Below, piece by piece: positions 24,695-46,395 of a stretch of DNA of 64,000 nt. How positions within the stretch are numbered: the stretch's first letter is position 1; each line of letters opens with the position of its first letter. The stretch comes from Macrostomum lignano (taxonomy: Eukaryota). The notes beneath the pieces are model-generated. The model saw only the letters and a list, made by a program, of their open reading frames with translations. It did not search any database and was not told the origin of the DNA. The position numbers and the translations under genes were made by a program. The stretch is from the NCBI GenBank assembly GCA_002269645.1, contig NIVC01003329.1, positions 1 to 64,000 of the forward strand, written 5' to 3'.

Positions 24695-27600
24695 ACGCAT
24701 TTGTTTCCCCATTGATATTCGCATTGATATTCGAATTTTAACAAAAGCAAAATACTAAAAGCAACCCGTAGCATGAAAAATTACACAGAGTAAACTGCAA
24801 CCGTGAAACGACTATTGGTCAAGTTTCAGCTCGATATGTAACTTTGGCTCTGAGCAGGAGCGATTTTCGATGTGTTCCATTTAAAATACATGTGATTCCA
24901 AAATTCATATTGATATTCGAGTACAGGTACTTCTGCTTCACTGATCTTGACGAAACTTTACACAGAGTAAACTGCAACCGTGAAACGACTATTGGTCAAG
25001 TTTCAGCTCGATATGTAACTTTGGCTCTGAGCAGGAGCGATTTTCGATGTGTTCCATTTAAAATACATGTGATTCCAAAATTCATATTGATATTCGAGTA
25101 CAGGTACTTCTGCTTCACTGATCTTGACGAAACTTTACACAGAGTAAACTGCAACCGTGAAACGACTATTGGTCAAGTTTCAGCTCGATATGTAACTTTG
25201 GCTCTGAGCAGGAGCGATTTTCGATGTGTTCCATTTAAAATACATGTGATTCCAAAATTCATATTGATATTCGAGTACAGGTACTTCTGCTTCACTGATC
25301 TTGACGAAACTTTACACAGAGTAAACTGCAACCGTGAAACGACTATTGGTCAAGTTTCAGCTCGATATGTAACTTTGGCTCTGAGCAGGAGCGATTTTCG
25401 ATGTGTTCCATTTAAAATACATGTGATTCCAAAATTCATATTGATATTCGAGTACAGGTACTTCTGCTTCACTGATCTTGACGAAACTTTACACAGAGTA
25501 AACTGCAACCGTGAAACGACTATTGGTCAAGTTTCAGCTCGATATGTAACTTTGGCTCTGAGCAGGAGCGATTTTCGATGTGTTCCATTTAAAATACATG
25601 TGATTCCAAAATTCATATTGATATTCGAGTACAGGTACTTCTGCTTCACTGATCTTGACGAAACTTTACACAGAGTAAACTGCAACCGTGAAACGACTAT
25701 TGGTCAAGTTTCAGCTCGATATGTAACTTTGGCTCTGAGCAGGAGCGATTTTCGATGTGTTCTATTTAAAATACATGTGATTCCAAAATTCATATTGATA
25801 TTCGAGTACAGGTACTTCTGCTTCACTGATCTTGACGAAACTTTACACAGAGTAAACTGCAACCGTGAAACGACTATTGGTCAAGTTTCAGCTCGATATG
25901 TAACTTTGGCTCTGAGCAGGAGCGATTTTCGATGTGTTCCATTTAAAATACATGTGATTCCAAAATTCATATTGATATTCGAGTACAGGTACTTCTGCTT
26001 CACTGATCTTGACGAAACTTTACACAGAGTAAACTGCAACCGTGAAACGACTATTGGTCAAGTTTCAGCTCGATATGTAACTTTGGCTCTGAGCAGGAGC
26101 GATTTTCGATGTGTTCCATTTAAAATACATGTGATTCCAAAATTCATATTGATATTCGAGTACAGGTGGAGGAGATGGCGCAACGTGACACAGTGGTCAT
26201 TCTCGGAGACCTGAACGCAGTTCTGCGTAGGTCCGAGCGATCGCTGTTTGTGACAGCGCGCGAGAACGGCAACACCGGAGCGCTAGAGGACTTCCTGGAG
26301 AGACAGGACATGGTGTCGGCCAACACCAGATTCCGCAAGTCACCGGGCAGGCTCGCGGCCTTCGTGGGCTGCAAGCGGAGGCGGCGGAACGCGCGCGGCC
26401 GGAACGCTACGCGGAGGCTGGCACAGCTCGACCACGTGCTTGTGCGCTTTCGTGAGCGCCGCCGCGTCACTAACTGCCGCACCATTACGCCGCTGGCTCT
26501 GCGGTCCGACCATCGGCTGCTCATCTGCGACCTTCGGCTTCGGGACCCGCTCTACCGTCCGCCAAAGCGGCCATCGCGCGGCGCTACTACCGCGCGCTCA
26601 GGGACGCCGAGACGCGGCGTCGCTTTGCCGGTGCCTTTGTCACTGCGCTGGGCGACAAGCGTGGAGGAGCCGAGTACGCGGAGGTGAGCGCTGCAGTTCG
26701 AGCCGCTGCGGAGCAAGCAGTCCCGCTGATGCGACCGGCCCAGCGCGGGCAGCCGGTCTGGCAGGACGACCCCGCGATCGACGAAGCGAGGGAAGATCTG
26801 GAGAGGCTCCGTCTGAGTGGGCGGCAAACTCGCGAGGCGGAGGAGGCTCTGGCAGCTGTCTATCTGCAGCGGCAGCAGTCCGCTGTCGATGACGCCATCC
26901 AAGCCGTCTCTGCCGCAGGGCCCGATGCCAGAGGGCGCGTGGCCTGGTCCGTCATCAACACTCTGACGGGGCGAAAGCGGCGCATCGCGCTCAACCAGGC
27001 AGGCGACATTCCGGATGAGCGCAGGAACGAGCTGCGCGAGTTCTTCGCCGCCATTGTCAACGCGCCGCCCCCTCCGCTTCCAGAAAATCTGAGGCTGCCG
27101 ACGGAAACGCCGTTGCCGGCGGAGGAGAGCTTCAACGTTGCCCCAGTCAGCACAGCCGACGTTGTGAAGTTCGCTCGGCAGTCGCCGGGCGGCAAAGCGC
27201 TTGGTCCGGACGAGGTGCCCACCGAGGCGCTGCGGATCCACTGCGTGGCCACTGAGGTCGCCAGAGTGATGAACCGGTGAGGTGGCGCCAAACGAATGGA
27301 CCACGGCGCACATCGTCGCCATTCCAAAGAAGCCGGGCACCACCAAGCTCGAGGAGCATCGAGGCATCTGCCTACAGTCCTGCGCCGCGAAGCTGTTCAA
27401 CCGCATGCTGCTATCGCGGTTACAGACTGTGCTGGACCCGTACCTGTGGCCTGAGCAGAACGGATTCCGGCCCCATCGCAGCACAGTGACGCAGATCCTG
27501 GCTCTTCGGCGAGTCATCGAGGAGGCGCGCATCCGCCAGTTGAACCTGATCCTGATCTTCGTCGATTTCAGGAAGGCCTTCGACTCGGTCGTGAGGGACG

Positions 27601-28767
27601 CGCTCCCAGAGGTGCTCCGTGCGTACAACGTGCCAGACCTGCTGATTTCTGCTGTCATGGCGCTATACCACGGCACGACGGCTGCTGTCTCAGCACCGGA
27701 CGGCCTATCGGATTTCTTCGAGACATCCTCCGGGGTGCTCCAGGGAGATACGCTAGCGCCGTTCCTATTTATTCTGGTGCTTGACTGGGTGCTACGGACT
27801 GCTCTGCCTTCCAACGACGACGGCTTCCTGCTGCGGCGACGTGTGGGTCGACGCCAACCGGAGAGACGGCTCAGCGTGCTTGGCTACGCCGATGACCTCG
27901 CCCTGTTGTCCTCGACCGTCGAGGGCGCCCAACGACAGCTGGATAGACTGGTTGCCGTTGCGGCGAGCGTCGGCCTGGTGGTCAACACGCAGAAGACCGT
28001 CGTGCTATGCGTGCCGGACGACACCGAGGCTGAAATCTTCTGCCGAGGCGCTGACGGACAGGCGAGTGAGCTTCCAAGATGTCAGCAGTTCGTCTACCTC
28101 GGCGGTCTGGTTCCCGACGTCCGCGAAGATCTGCGGCATCGCCGAGGACTTGCCTGGGCTGCCTTTCGTTCTATAAGGTCAGTCCTGTAGTCCGAGTCCC
28201 TACCGCGGACCGCCAGAGGGCGGCGCTGTTCCAGGCGGTGATCGAGACCGTCCTGTTATACAACGCCGAGACCTGGACGCTGATAAACTCGCTCGAGGCT
28301 CATGTCGACGCGGCGCACGCTGGCCTGCTCTGTGTAAAGTTTCGTCAAGATCAGTGAAGCAGAAGTACCTGTACTCGAATATCAATATGAATTTTGGAAT
28401 CACATGTATTTTAAATGGAACACATCGAAAATCGCTCCTGCTCAGAGCCAAAGTTACATATCGAGCTGAAACTTGACCAATAGTCGTTTCACGGTTGCAG
28501 TTTACTCTGTGTAAAGTTTCGTCAAGATCAGTGAAGCAGAAGTACCTGTACTCGAATATCAATATGAATTTTGGAATCACATGTATTTTAAATGGAACAC
28601 ATCGAAAATCGCTCCTGCTCAGAGCCAAAGTTACATATCGAGCTGAAACTTGACCAATAGTCGTTTCACGGTTGCAGTTTACTCTGTGTAAAGTTTCATG
28701 CTTTTAGTATTTTGCTTTTGTTAAAATTCGAATATCAATGCGAATATCAATGGGGAAACAAATGCGT
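24695..28767. mobile_element. Foldback-type TIR transposon (4073 bp) with 177-bp tandem-repeat arms, an 8-bp TSD and a captured LINE fragment
   Basis: Identical 68-bp TIRs (24695-24762 and 28700-28767), and TTTGAAAG at both 24687-24694 and 28768-28775. The left arm has about 7.8 units of 177 bp (24781-26167) and the right arm has 2 inverted units plus a partial one (28328-28697). Confidence 0.88.
26168..28330 (+). pseudogene. Decayed RTE-clade non-LTR retrotransposon fragment (end of the AP-endonuclease, then RT), truncated at both ends
   Basis: Endonuclease motifs GDLNA, QLDHVL and SDHRLL. RT motifs EQNGFRPHRST, FVDFRKAFDSV, GVLQGDTLAPFLF and YADD, followed by VLLYNAETWTL. Frameshifts near 26570 and 27280 and a TAG at 28188. 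Confidence 0.9.
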
Positions 28768-29043
28768 TTTGAAAGAGCGTTTTTTGTAAAAAGATGTAGT
28801 ATTTTGCAAGTGCGCAATATTTCAAAGCGTGAAAAACGAACGAAAAATGAACAAAAACGAACTTCGAAAGAACTTTAACGTTAAACGAATAGCGACGATT
28901 TAAATAGGTATTAGATAGGAAACTAATTAAATACTAATTAAATGCTAATTAAATAGGAAATTAAAAAGACAGTAAATGAATAAACAAAAGAAAAGCGGAT
29001 TTATTACACTGCTGATATGTCTGTTTCAGTTTGCATAACTGTT

Positions 29044-30855
29044 TTAGCTATTCATGACTTCATATATTTTAGCTACACCAGTGAGCTCTTTTCTGACTCT
29101 TTTTTCATTTGTAGCATATCCTAACTTGTGTACTTGCTTGTCATTTAAGAGGTACTGGCAGAAGTATTTTTTTCTGATCTTTTCAGTTTGTGGACATTCG
29201 GTCAAGTAGTGTAGGATATCGGAACCATTTCTCGCTCCACACAGTCTACATGCTTCATGAGAGAAAATGTTGGGTGTAATTTCGCATTTCAGTTTTAGGA
29301 GGGTTGTTAGGAATTTTTTGTTTCTAAAAGTGCATGGAAAGTAATCTGAAAGGTCGGGCCTGCAGATTTTTTTGTAGAGATAGGCGTTTTTGTAGAGTTT
29401 AATATGTTGCTGATTCTCTAGCTTTTGGCTAAGTTCTCTTTCTCTGTGTATCTTGAGGTGCTTTTTCACTAGGTATTTCTCGTTATTAAAGCTTTGGGAA
29501 AGTTTATCTTCAGTTAGTGCTTTTAGGTCTATACTTTCCAGTTTCTTTAGTACATTTGTTTTCCATGGATTTTTTTGGCTGGTGTTTGAGTAGAAAATTT
29601 CTAGAGTCGTTTGGCAGAGTTTTTTGTGTCTAATCTTCAGCCAGTAGATGAGGTAGGTTTTAGCGATTCGTTGAGAGATTGGAGTAAGCTCAAGTTCTGA
29701 TGATATCACACTGTTGCTAGCAAATCTTGGTAGATTGAGGAGATATTTGTAGAATTTCAGCTGAATATTATCAATAGCTTTTGTATCAGACATGGTAGCC
29801 AGAGGGCCCCAGAGCTCACAACCGTAAGTGATAACGGGGGTAACAAGCGCGTCAAATAGTCTGCGAATGAGTGTGATGTCTAGGGACGTATTCTTTACCC
29901 TATGGAGTAGGGAAAACATGGCTGTATATCCCTGCTTAGTTTGGTGTTCAATACATTTTTTAAAGCTGTTTTTTGGTTCAAAAATAATTCCCAGGTATTT
30001 AAATTCATTTACTTCTTCTATTTCTTGGTTGTCGTAGTATATTTTTGTAGCAATGCTATCTGTGTCGTTTTTTTGTCTGGTATTGCCCTGCATAAACTTT
30101 GTTTTGCTTGCATTTACTTTCAAGTAATTTTGTTTGCAGTAATTTTCCATAGTCGTAAATGTGTCTTGAAGTTCGTCTTTGTTTTTAGCTAGAATGGCTT
30201 GATCGTCTGCAAAGAGTAGGATGAGTGGGAAAGCAGATCTCGTAAGAGAGCGCCTAGCGCTAGAGAGTTCAAGATATTCAACAATGTCGTCAATATATAG
30301 TTCAAAAAGAATGGTAGAGAGAGGGTTGCCTTGAAGAACACCTTTAGATATTGGGATTGGCTGGGTTTCATCATCATCATCATCATCTTTTTTTAGAATG
30401 AAGCAGGCATTTTTATGCATGTTCTTGATAAGTTCCATCATTTGACCTTTAATACCCAGATTATCCGTTTTGCACCAAAGGGTCGGTTGATTTAAGCTAT
30501 CGAAGGCTTTTTCATAGTCAACAAATCCAATAAAGAGTTCTTCTTTGTTGTAGATGGATTGGTTTATAATGTTGTAAAGATTAAAACATTGGTCGATTGT
30601 GCTGTGATTGGGCTTGAAACCGTATTGGTATTTTGATATAAGATTGTTTGCGTATGCTAGGTTTTCGAGTCTGGATTTAATAATTTGGCAAAAGAGCTTG
30701 CCAAGAATTGGTTGAATGCAGATTCCTCTGTAATTGTTGGGGTCGGCACTGCTGCCTTTGTTTTTATAAATCGGATGAAGTGTATTTGTTATCCAACTAG
30801 TTGGGAAGGTTCCTTGTTTGAGTGCTTCGTAGACGAACTCTGCTGAAAAATTCAA
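29044..30855 (-). mobile_element. AT-rich non-LTR retrotransposon RT ORF (RTEX-like), 5'-truncated or decayed
   Basis: 603-codon ORF with DPNNYRGI, QYGFKPNHST, FVDYEKAFDS, GVLQGNPLS and LFADD, and a C-terminal CRLC..H...C knuckle. AATAAA downstream near 29000. The clade call is tentative. Confidence 0.85.
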
Positions 30856-31070
30856 ACAGTAAATTAATATTCACCAATAGTTTTGGCTAGAAATGTTTAA
30901 AGAACTTAACCAATTTTTTGAAATCCATAGGATAACTGTTAAAGCACAGTTACTATATATTTTATTATTAAGACTTTGTTTAAATCAACTATATAAATTT
31001 ACAATCTTTATATCGGCCGGCAAACTCCGTGAGAGACTTCAACTTCAGCATCTACATGTACAAATCAGCT

Positions 31071-31480
31071 CAGGCGCGTCGCCATCGGGGGGTACAGGGT
31101 CACAGGGAGACATGCATGCAGTCCCCCAGTAAAAGCTATGGGGGGACATTGCTAATGCTAGTTGTCCCCCGTACCCTGTGACTCGTGTTAATCAATAATT
31201 TTTCTTCAGGGCGCCAAAATATATAGCGCCTTCGGCGCTAAAATGAGTGCGGCGCTAATATGGGTGCCTGCGGCGCTAAAAGGAATGCCTACGCGCCGAA
31301 ATGAATGCCTGCGGCGCTATAATTGAGTGCCTGCGGCGCTAAAAGGAAATGCCTACGGCGCCAAAATGAGCGCTGACAACACGATTCTCAAAATAATGGA
31401 ATTGTAGGAATTTAGTAATGTATGTACATGTTAAACATTGGCCTTGTCCCCCCACCATAAAATCCATGGCGACGCCCCTG
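31071..31480. mobile_element. hAT-type MITE, 410 bp
   Basis: TIRs CAGGCGCGTCGCCAT / ATGGCGACGCCCCTG, with an 8-bp TSD AATCAGCT at 31063-31070 and 31481-31488. Internal short tandem GCCTGCGGCGCTAAAA repeats. Confidence 0.9.
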
Positions 31481-32266
31481 AATCAGCTTCTCGGCAGATG
31501 GTACTTGATGGCTTCGAGACCGGACGGATGATGCATGCCGACACACGGACCGGTTTCTGGCTGGTGTTCAAGCCAAGTTCAATGGCGGAAAAACTACATA
31601 TGGTAATCCTGTACGTGGATGCAGCATGCCGAGTTTGACCTGTTCCACCGAGCCTGTGCCACCGCCTGCACGGGGTCGCCCCGGTTGGTTTTGGAGGCCG
31701 ACAATCCTTCTTTATATGCCTCCTGCAACTTCAGGACCCCAGAGGAGTCTGTACTATTCGCTGCTGGATTTTGATAGTGAATTGTCCGTACAGGAATCAA
31801 TTCTTGGTGTTTAAGGTCGTTTGGTTCATCTGCTTGCCTGGCCTTATTTAAGCGATTAGGCTTGGACAGCAAAGTACGTGATAACTTTCGCTCGACGTGA
31901 CACTTTAGTGCAAAGAACAGTCAAGTTTTTTTGATAGGTACGTAGACCCAGAAATTAAATTAATACCGAATGTGGCTTATACATACATGCTCTCTTCAGC
32001 GGTCTCCGAGCTTGTGTTTGATTTTTTCGAATTATCATTCCACAAAAACTTAACCAAAGCAAATATCGGATAATTGATAGACCAAAGCTTTATGCACTGC
32101 CCCTCCCCCGGCTTGACCTCATGTCGGAGTGTGCAGCGGCTGCTATTGAGCCAAAAACATTTTTAAGACGTTGAATTTTCTGAAAACACTTTGCCTGATC
32201 GTCTGTATATATCTTTTATAACTACTCTATATAGTAACTCTATAGTACAAGTTCCCTCAGCGTGTA

Positions 32267-33172
32267 CAGTGGCCCTGACTCTCTAATAGTGAGGCATGTA
32301 CACACCCTGTGCTTTATTGAGGATTGGCCCTCAAGTGTGAGAATCGCACGACAACCCGCTGGCTAATTTTCGAGTACAAAGCCCAAATTCATGTGGCTGG
32401 AAGCATATACACGTACACTCAGCATCATGGAAAAGTGCAGACCACGCCAACCCCAATCATGCTGAAAAACTGACTGGAGAGACTGAGAAGTGACCAACTG
32501 GGCCTCCAGATTACGCAACTTGCGCCACAGGACGGTAGAAACTGAGGCAAGGAGGGAAGGGAGAGCTAGACTTTTGCCTCGTGAGCATTGTGTTAAGCTC
32601 CGACTCAAATATTTCCGTCTCAAGCACTCGCGATGGTGGCCGCCATGCAGATGACAGACTCCGCGACATGGCGCACTGTTGGCATGCTGGAAGCCGGCAT
32701 GTCGATTGGGACAGCTGCCTGCCGATTCGGTCAAGGATGGTTGACAAACTGGAGAATGCAAAGACAGTCTGGAGAGACAGGCAGCGTCAAGCATGCAAGT
32801 TTGGGAATTAACGCGATTAAATCGATCTCAACCGCATGCTGTTTTTCATCATTAATAGAAACACACCTGATCCATCGCTAGCTCGTACCATTAGTTTGCC
32901 AGGTGTGTCAGCCAGGTCCAGTTGCGTACACAGGAACAGTAGGCTGGTACAATCTGAGGATAACCTTGAGAGGTTGATACAATCCAACGAGCTGCATATT
33001 TAACGGCGTACTCAACATATAAATGCAAGTGTAATAATCTATACAAAAAATGACCAGAGTGAAATCAGAGTGCCGAGCTCTGGCACTGCACAGCTCTGAC
33101 TGATTTATCATCTCACACGGTGTCATTTCTCCTCGCTTTTCTCACAGTTAGGCCTCACTTTCATGCACACTG
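32267..33172 (+). mobile_element. Decayed Tc1/mariner derivative retaining the N-terminal HTH
   Basis: Peptide TWRTVGMLEAGMSIGTAACRFG...SGETGSV at about 32650-32790 resembles the Tc1 paired-like HTH. Flanked by TA|CAGTG ... CACTG|TA, with poor TIR identity. Confidence 0.55.
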
Positions 33173-33380
33173 TATTGCCGTCAGCTAATTTCTAATTGGC
33201 TATTCTCTCTGTCCCCATCAAGAAATTATTAAGCAGCTGCCAATCTCAAATAGACTTGAAAATTTTGATGATACCTGGAGCTCGGAACAGCTCCCCTTCA
33301 TTTGTAATTGACAGTTTTAAGGAGTCACAGCATAAACCAATTGAGTTACTGCTGTTTCTCTTTGCTCAGCCGTTGTTCAT

Positions 33381-42101
<8,721 letters not shown>

Positions 42102-42291
42102 GATGTAAGTGAGCTTTGCCGAAGCCTTGAACTCAAACCTACTCGGCTCTGCGTCTGCCTGTCTACCGGGCTTCCGGGCTTCCGAGTTTAAATCCTCTGC
42201 CTTTGCCGAAATTCTGAGCCCAGTGCGTCAGCCAATCAGAGCCGCCCTCCATCCAGCGGGGTAGCGCATCGGCTTCTGAGGAACTTTGAAT

Positions 42292-42610
42292 CAGTGCCTG
42301 TCTCAGTGCCTGTCTCAGTGCCTGTCTCAGTGCCTGTCTCAGTGCCTGTCTCAGTGCCTGTCTCAGTGCCTGTCTCAGTGCCTGTCTCAGTGCCTGTCTC
42401 AGTGCCTGTCTCAGTGCCTGTCTCAGTGCCTGTCTCAGTGCCTGTCTCAGTGCCTGTCTCAGTGCCTGTCTCAGTGCCTATCTCAGTGCCTGTCTCAGTG
42501 CCTGTCTCAGTGCCTGTCTCAGTGCCTATCTCAGTGCCTGTCTCAGTGCCTGTCTCAGTGCCTGTCTCAGTGCCTGTCTCAGTGCCTGTCTCAGTGCCTG
42601 TCTCAGTGTC
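42292..42610. repeat. 12-bp minisatellite CAGTGCCTGTCT upstream of the PDE ATG
   Basis: About 26 units. Confidence 0.95.
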
Positions 42611-43374
42611 TGCGTGCCTGCTTGTCTGAATCCCCAGAGTTAAACTCCGACCGTCGGCTGCCCGTGTTTGCTGGCGCAAGCGAGCGGCTTGGCGTCTCTC
42701 CGAGTAGACTCAGAAAGCCAGTGAAATCTCCCGCTACCGTCCGACTGCGAGCTGAGCTCCCCCTCGCCTGTCTCATCTCAGCCCTGCAGTTCTCCATCCC
42801 CCAGCGCTCGAGTTCCGTTACTAATGATCAGACCTGACGCCCAGCGAGTCTCAGGTTGCGCAGCTTCTCAGGCTGTCTGTCTGTCCCCCCTGACCGGCAG
42901 CTTCGAACCGCTTTGAGCCGCACGCGCCCGGACGTGATGACAGGCCTGAAAGACCGGCAATTATTCAGCGCTCCATTTCTATGGAAGTTTTCGGTGTACT
43001 TTTATTGCAGCAGAACAAAATAGCAACTTAACGAAGGAAGGAAATTTCGCTTTGAGTTATTACTCGCATTTCACATGTATAGCCCTTCAACTCAATGCGG
43101 TAGCTGAGGCGACTTATCTCTAGGACTAAAAGCGATGAAAGTTCTTGCAAAAACTTAAATGCCTTTTTAATATCTGCCTCATTCGATTTCAGGCTCAATC
43201 TAAATTTGGATTTGAGCATACAGAGACATAAAATGATTTATGAACCATTTAGTAATGTGTCGCGGCTAACAATAAAGACGGGATCTGTGACCGCTGAAAC
43301 TTGGCAGAATTGATTGGTGGCGGCTGGACTCAAAGACTGACATCAGTTTTGGCTCACTTCAAAGACCTCAAAGA

Positions 43375-43790
43375 TCAAAAACGATATCAGCGGCGGCCCA
43401 GATCAAATACGATAACAGTGGCGGCTTAGATCAAAGACGATATCAGTGGCGGCCCAGATCAAATACGATATCAGTGGCGGCCCAGATCAAATACGATATC
43501 AGTGGCGGCCCAGATCAAAGGCAGTGTCCGTGACGGCCCAGATCAAAGACGGTATCAGTGGCGGCCAGATCAAAGACGGTATCAGTGGCGGCCAGATCAA
43601 ATACGGTATCAGTGGCGGTCAGATCAAAGACGGTATCAGTGGCGGCCAGATCAAAGACGGTATCAGTGGCGGCCAGATCAAATACGGTATCAGTGGCGGT
43701 CAGATCAAAGACGGTATCAGTGGCGGCCAGATCAAATACGGTATCAGTGGCGGCCAGATCAAATACGGTATCAGTGGCGGCCAGATCAAA
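43375..43790. repeat. 27-bp minisatellite AGATCAAAGACGGTATCAGTGGCGGCC
   Basis: About 15 units. Confidence 0.93.
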
Positions 43791-43829
43791 GGCAGTCGGC
43801 ACAAACGGCATGAAGCAGTTTCGTTGGCG

Positions 43830-44259
43830 GGCAGGCGGGCAGATGGGGAGTCGGCAGAACGCGAGCGCATTGCGGCAGGAATTGCAGCGGAGGTGGCTGA
43901 GCACGAGAGGCGAGCGGAGGCCCTCCAGCGGGCGGTGGAGGCGGTGCGCAGGGCGGAGCGGCTGGAGGCCGGGCTGGAGCAGCCAAGGGAAGCGCCGCGA
44001 CCGGTCACCTCGGAGGAGGTGGAGGCGGAGCAGCAGACTCAGGCTCTGGAGCGGGCGCGGGGCCGCGGTGCTCCGTGCGGAGAGGATGGAGGCGGAGGCC
44101 GAGGACGCCATGGCGATGGAGCGGGCGGCGCTGGCCTGCAGGGCGGCGGCTTGGCTGGCTGCCAAGGAGGCGGCGGAGCGGCGACAGACGGGAATGATGA
44201 AGTGGTGCCGCAACAGGAGGCTGAGGATGGAGGATTCTGCCTCAGGCAGTGAACCGTAA
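43830..44259 (+). CDS. Orphan exon-like segment encoding an Ala/Glu/Arg-rich coiled coil (one frameshift near 44060)
   Basis: ESAERERIAAGIAAEVAEHERRAEALQRAVEAVRRAERLE...QALERAR joins by a one-base shift to AAVLRAERMEAEAEDAMAMERAALACRAAAW...SGSEP*. GC-rich with exon-like codon use; no start exon identified. Confidence 0.45.
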
Positions 44260-44547
44260 ACTCGTATATTCGCTACTACTTTCAGTGTCAGTAGCATACC
44301 GCGCCGCGTAATTGCAGCAGAACTTTTTACAGGAATGAAAAGGCTTTGAATTTGAAAGCTTGACTTACTTGTGGTTTTTATGAGCTCAAGGCAGTTCGAA
44401 TTGTATTTTCTACGAGTATTTAGCATGAAACTCAACACATCACTGCTAACTTATTTTAGTAGAACTTTTCAAATACATGGCCCACATCCATTCTTACAAG
44501 CATTGCGAGCGACAGCACAGGTTTTGTTCTACTTAAACGGCGTATTG

Positions 44548-44950
<403 letters not shown>

Positions 44951-45494
44951 CACTAAGACACTAAGAAACAAAGACGGACAGAACAAACAGGCCAGAATTA
45001 GTAAAGAAAAAATCGGATAAAATAAATGTAGTTACTTTAAGTAGCACCAAAAGGCCTTTTATTTTGACCGCGGGATCGGCACAGCAACCTGGCCTGAGCC
45101 TGAATAATTGATCAAAATCTCGCTCCAGTGTGCCAAAATGCAGCTGCGAATAAAGCCAGCAGATGTGCGCCAGGTGCTTTCGTGTGGTCCTGGTTTGCCA
45201 TGAACGCTGATTTAATATTTATAAATTTGGTTAATATAACTCAACGAAGTTGAGCTAGTATAAATATCTAAATAAATTACAAATTTCTGAATTTCTACTT
45301 TATTTAAATTAGCGCAAGACTGATTCTTAAGCAGCCAAGTTGAAACTTGCAGTTGAAATCTGCAGAAGCTGGCTCAGGTACGTCGTAAATCGAGTGGATT
45401 GGCTATTTTGGGTCTGGTAGAGTCTAAGAGTCCCCACGGGCCATTCGTCCACCAGGCCTATGTCAGCTCTTCTGCCTCCACTAATGCAGCCCTG

Positions 45495-46395
45495 CCTCTC
45501 TCTGCTTCTCTCTGCCTCTCCTCTGCCGCTCCTCTGCCTCTCCTCTGCCTCTCTCTGCTTCTCCTCTGCCTCTCCTCTGCCTCTCCTCTGCCTCTCCTCT
45601 GCCTCTCCTCTCCCTCTCCTCTGCCTCTCTCTGCCTCTCTCTGCCTCTCCTCTCCCTCTCCTCTGCCTCTCTCTGCTTCTCCTCTGCCTCTCCTCTGCCT
45701 CTCCTCTCCCTCTCCTCTGCCTCTCTCTGCTTCTTTCTGCCTCTCCTCTGCCTCTCCTCTGCCTCTCCTCTGCCTCTCCTCTCCCTCTCCTCTGCCTCTC
45801 CTCTCCCTCTCCTCTGCCTCTCTCTGCCTCTCTCTGCCTCTCCTCTGCCTCTCTCTGCCTCTCCTCTGCCTCTCTCTGCCTCTCTCTGCCTCTCCTCTGC
45901 CGCTCCTCTGCCTCTCCTCTCCCTCTCGTCTGCCTCTCTCTGCCTCTCCTCTGCCTCTCTCTGCCGCTCCTCTGCCTCTCCTCTCCCTCTCCTCTGCCTC
46001 TCCTCTGCCTCTCCTCTGCCTCTCTCTGCCTCTCCTCTGCCTCTCCTCTCTCTCTCCTCTGCCTCTCCTCTGGCTCTCTCTGCCTCTCTCTGCCGCTCCT
46101 CTGCCTCTCCTCTCCCTCTCCTCTGCCTCTCTCTGCCTCTCTCTGCCGCTCATCTGCCTCTCCTCTCCCTCTCCTCTGCCTCTCTCTGCCTCTTTCTGCC
46201 TCTCCTCTCTCTCTCCTCTCTCTCTCCTCTGCCTCTCCTCTGTCTCCCCTCTCTCTCTCCTCTGCCTCTCCTCTGGCTCTCTCTGCCTCTTTCTGCCTCT
46301 CCTCTGCCTCTCCTCTGCCTCTCCTCTCTCTCTCCTCTGCCTCTCCTCTGGCTCTCCTCTGGCTCTCCTCTCTGCTTCTCTCTGCCTCTCTCAGT
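45495..46395. repeat. CT-rich low-complexity array (CTCTGCCTCTC variants)
   Basis: About 900 bp, lying between a candidate donor (CAG|GTACG, 45378) and acceptor (AACAG|, 46448). Confidence 0.93.

Noticed and set aside
24781-26167. CRISPR-like array
   Set aside because: The units are contiguous and identical with no unique spacers, there are no cas genes, and the context is eukaryotic.
24844-26214. 456-aa ORF of 59-aa repeats
   Set aside because: It is the 177-bp (59x3) transposon-arm unit read in a stop-free frame. It has no start context and no recognisable domain, and the inverted copy gives the same peptide.
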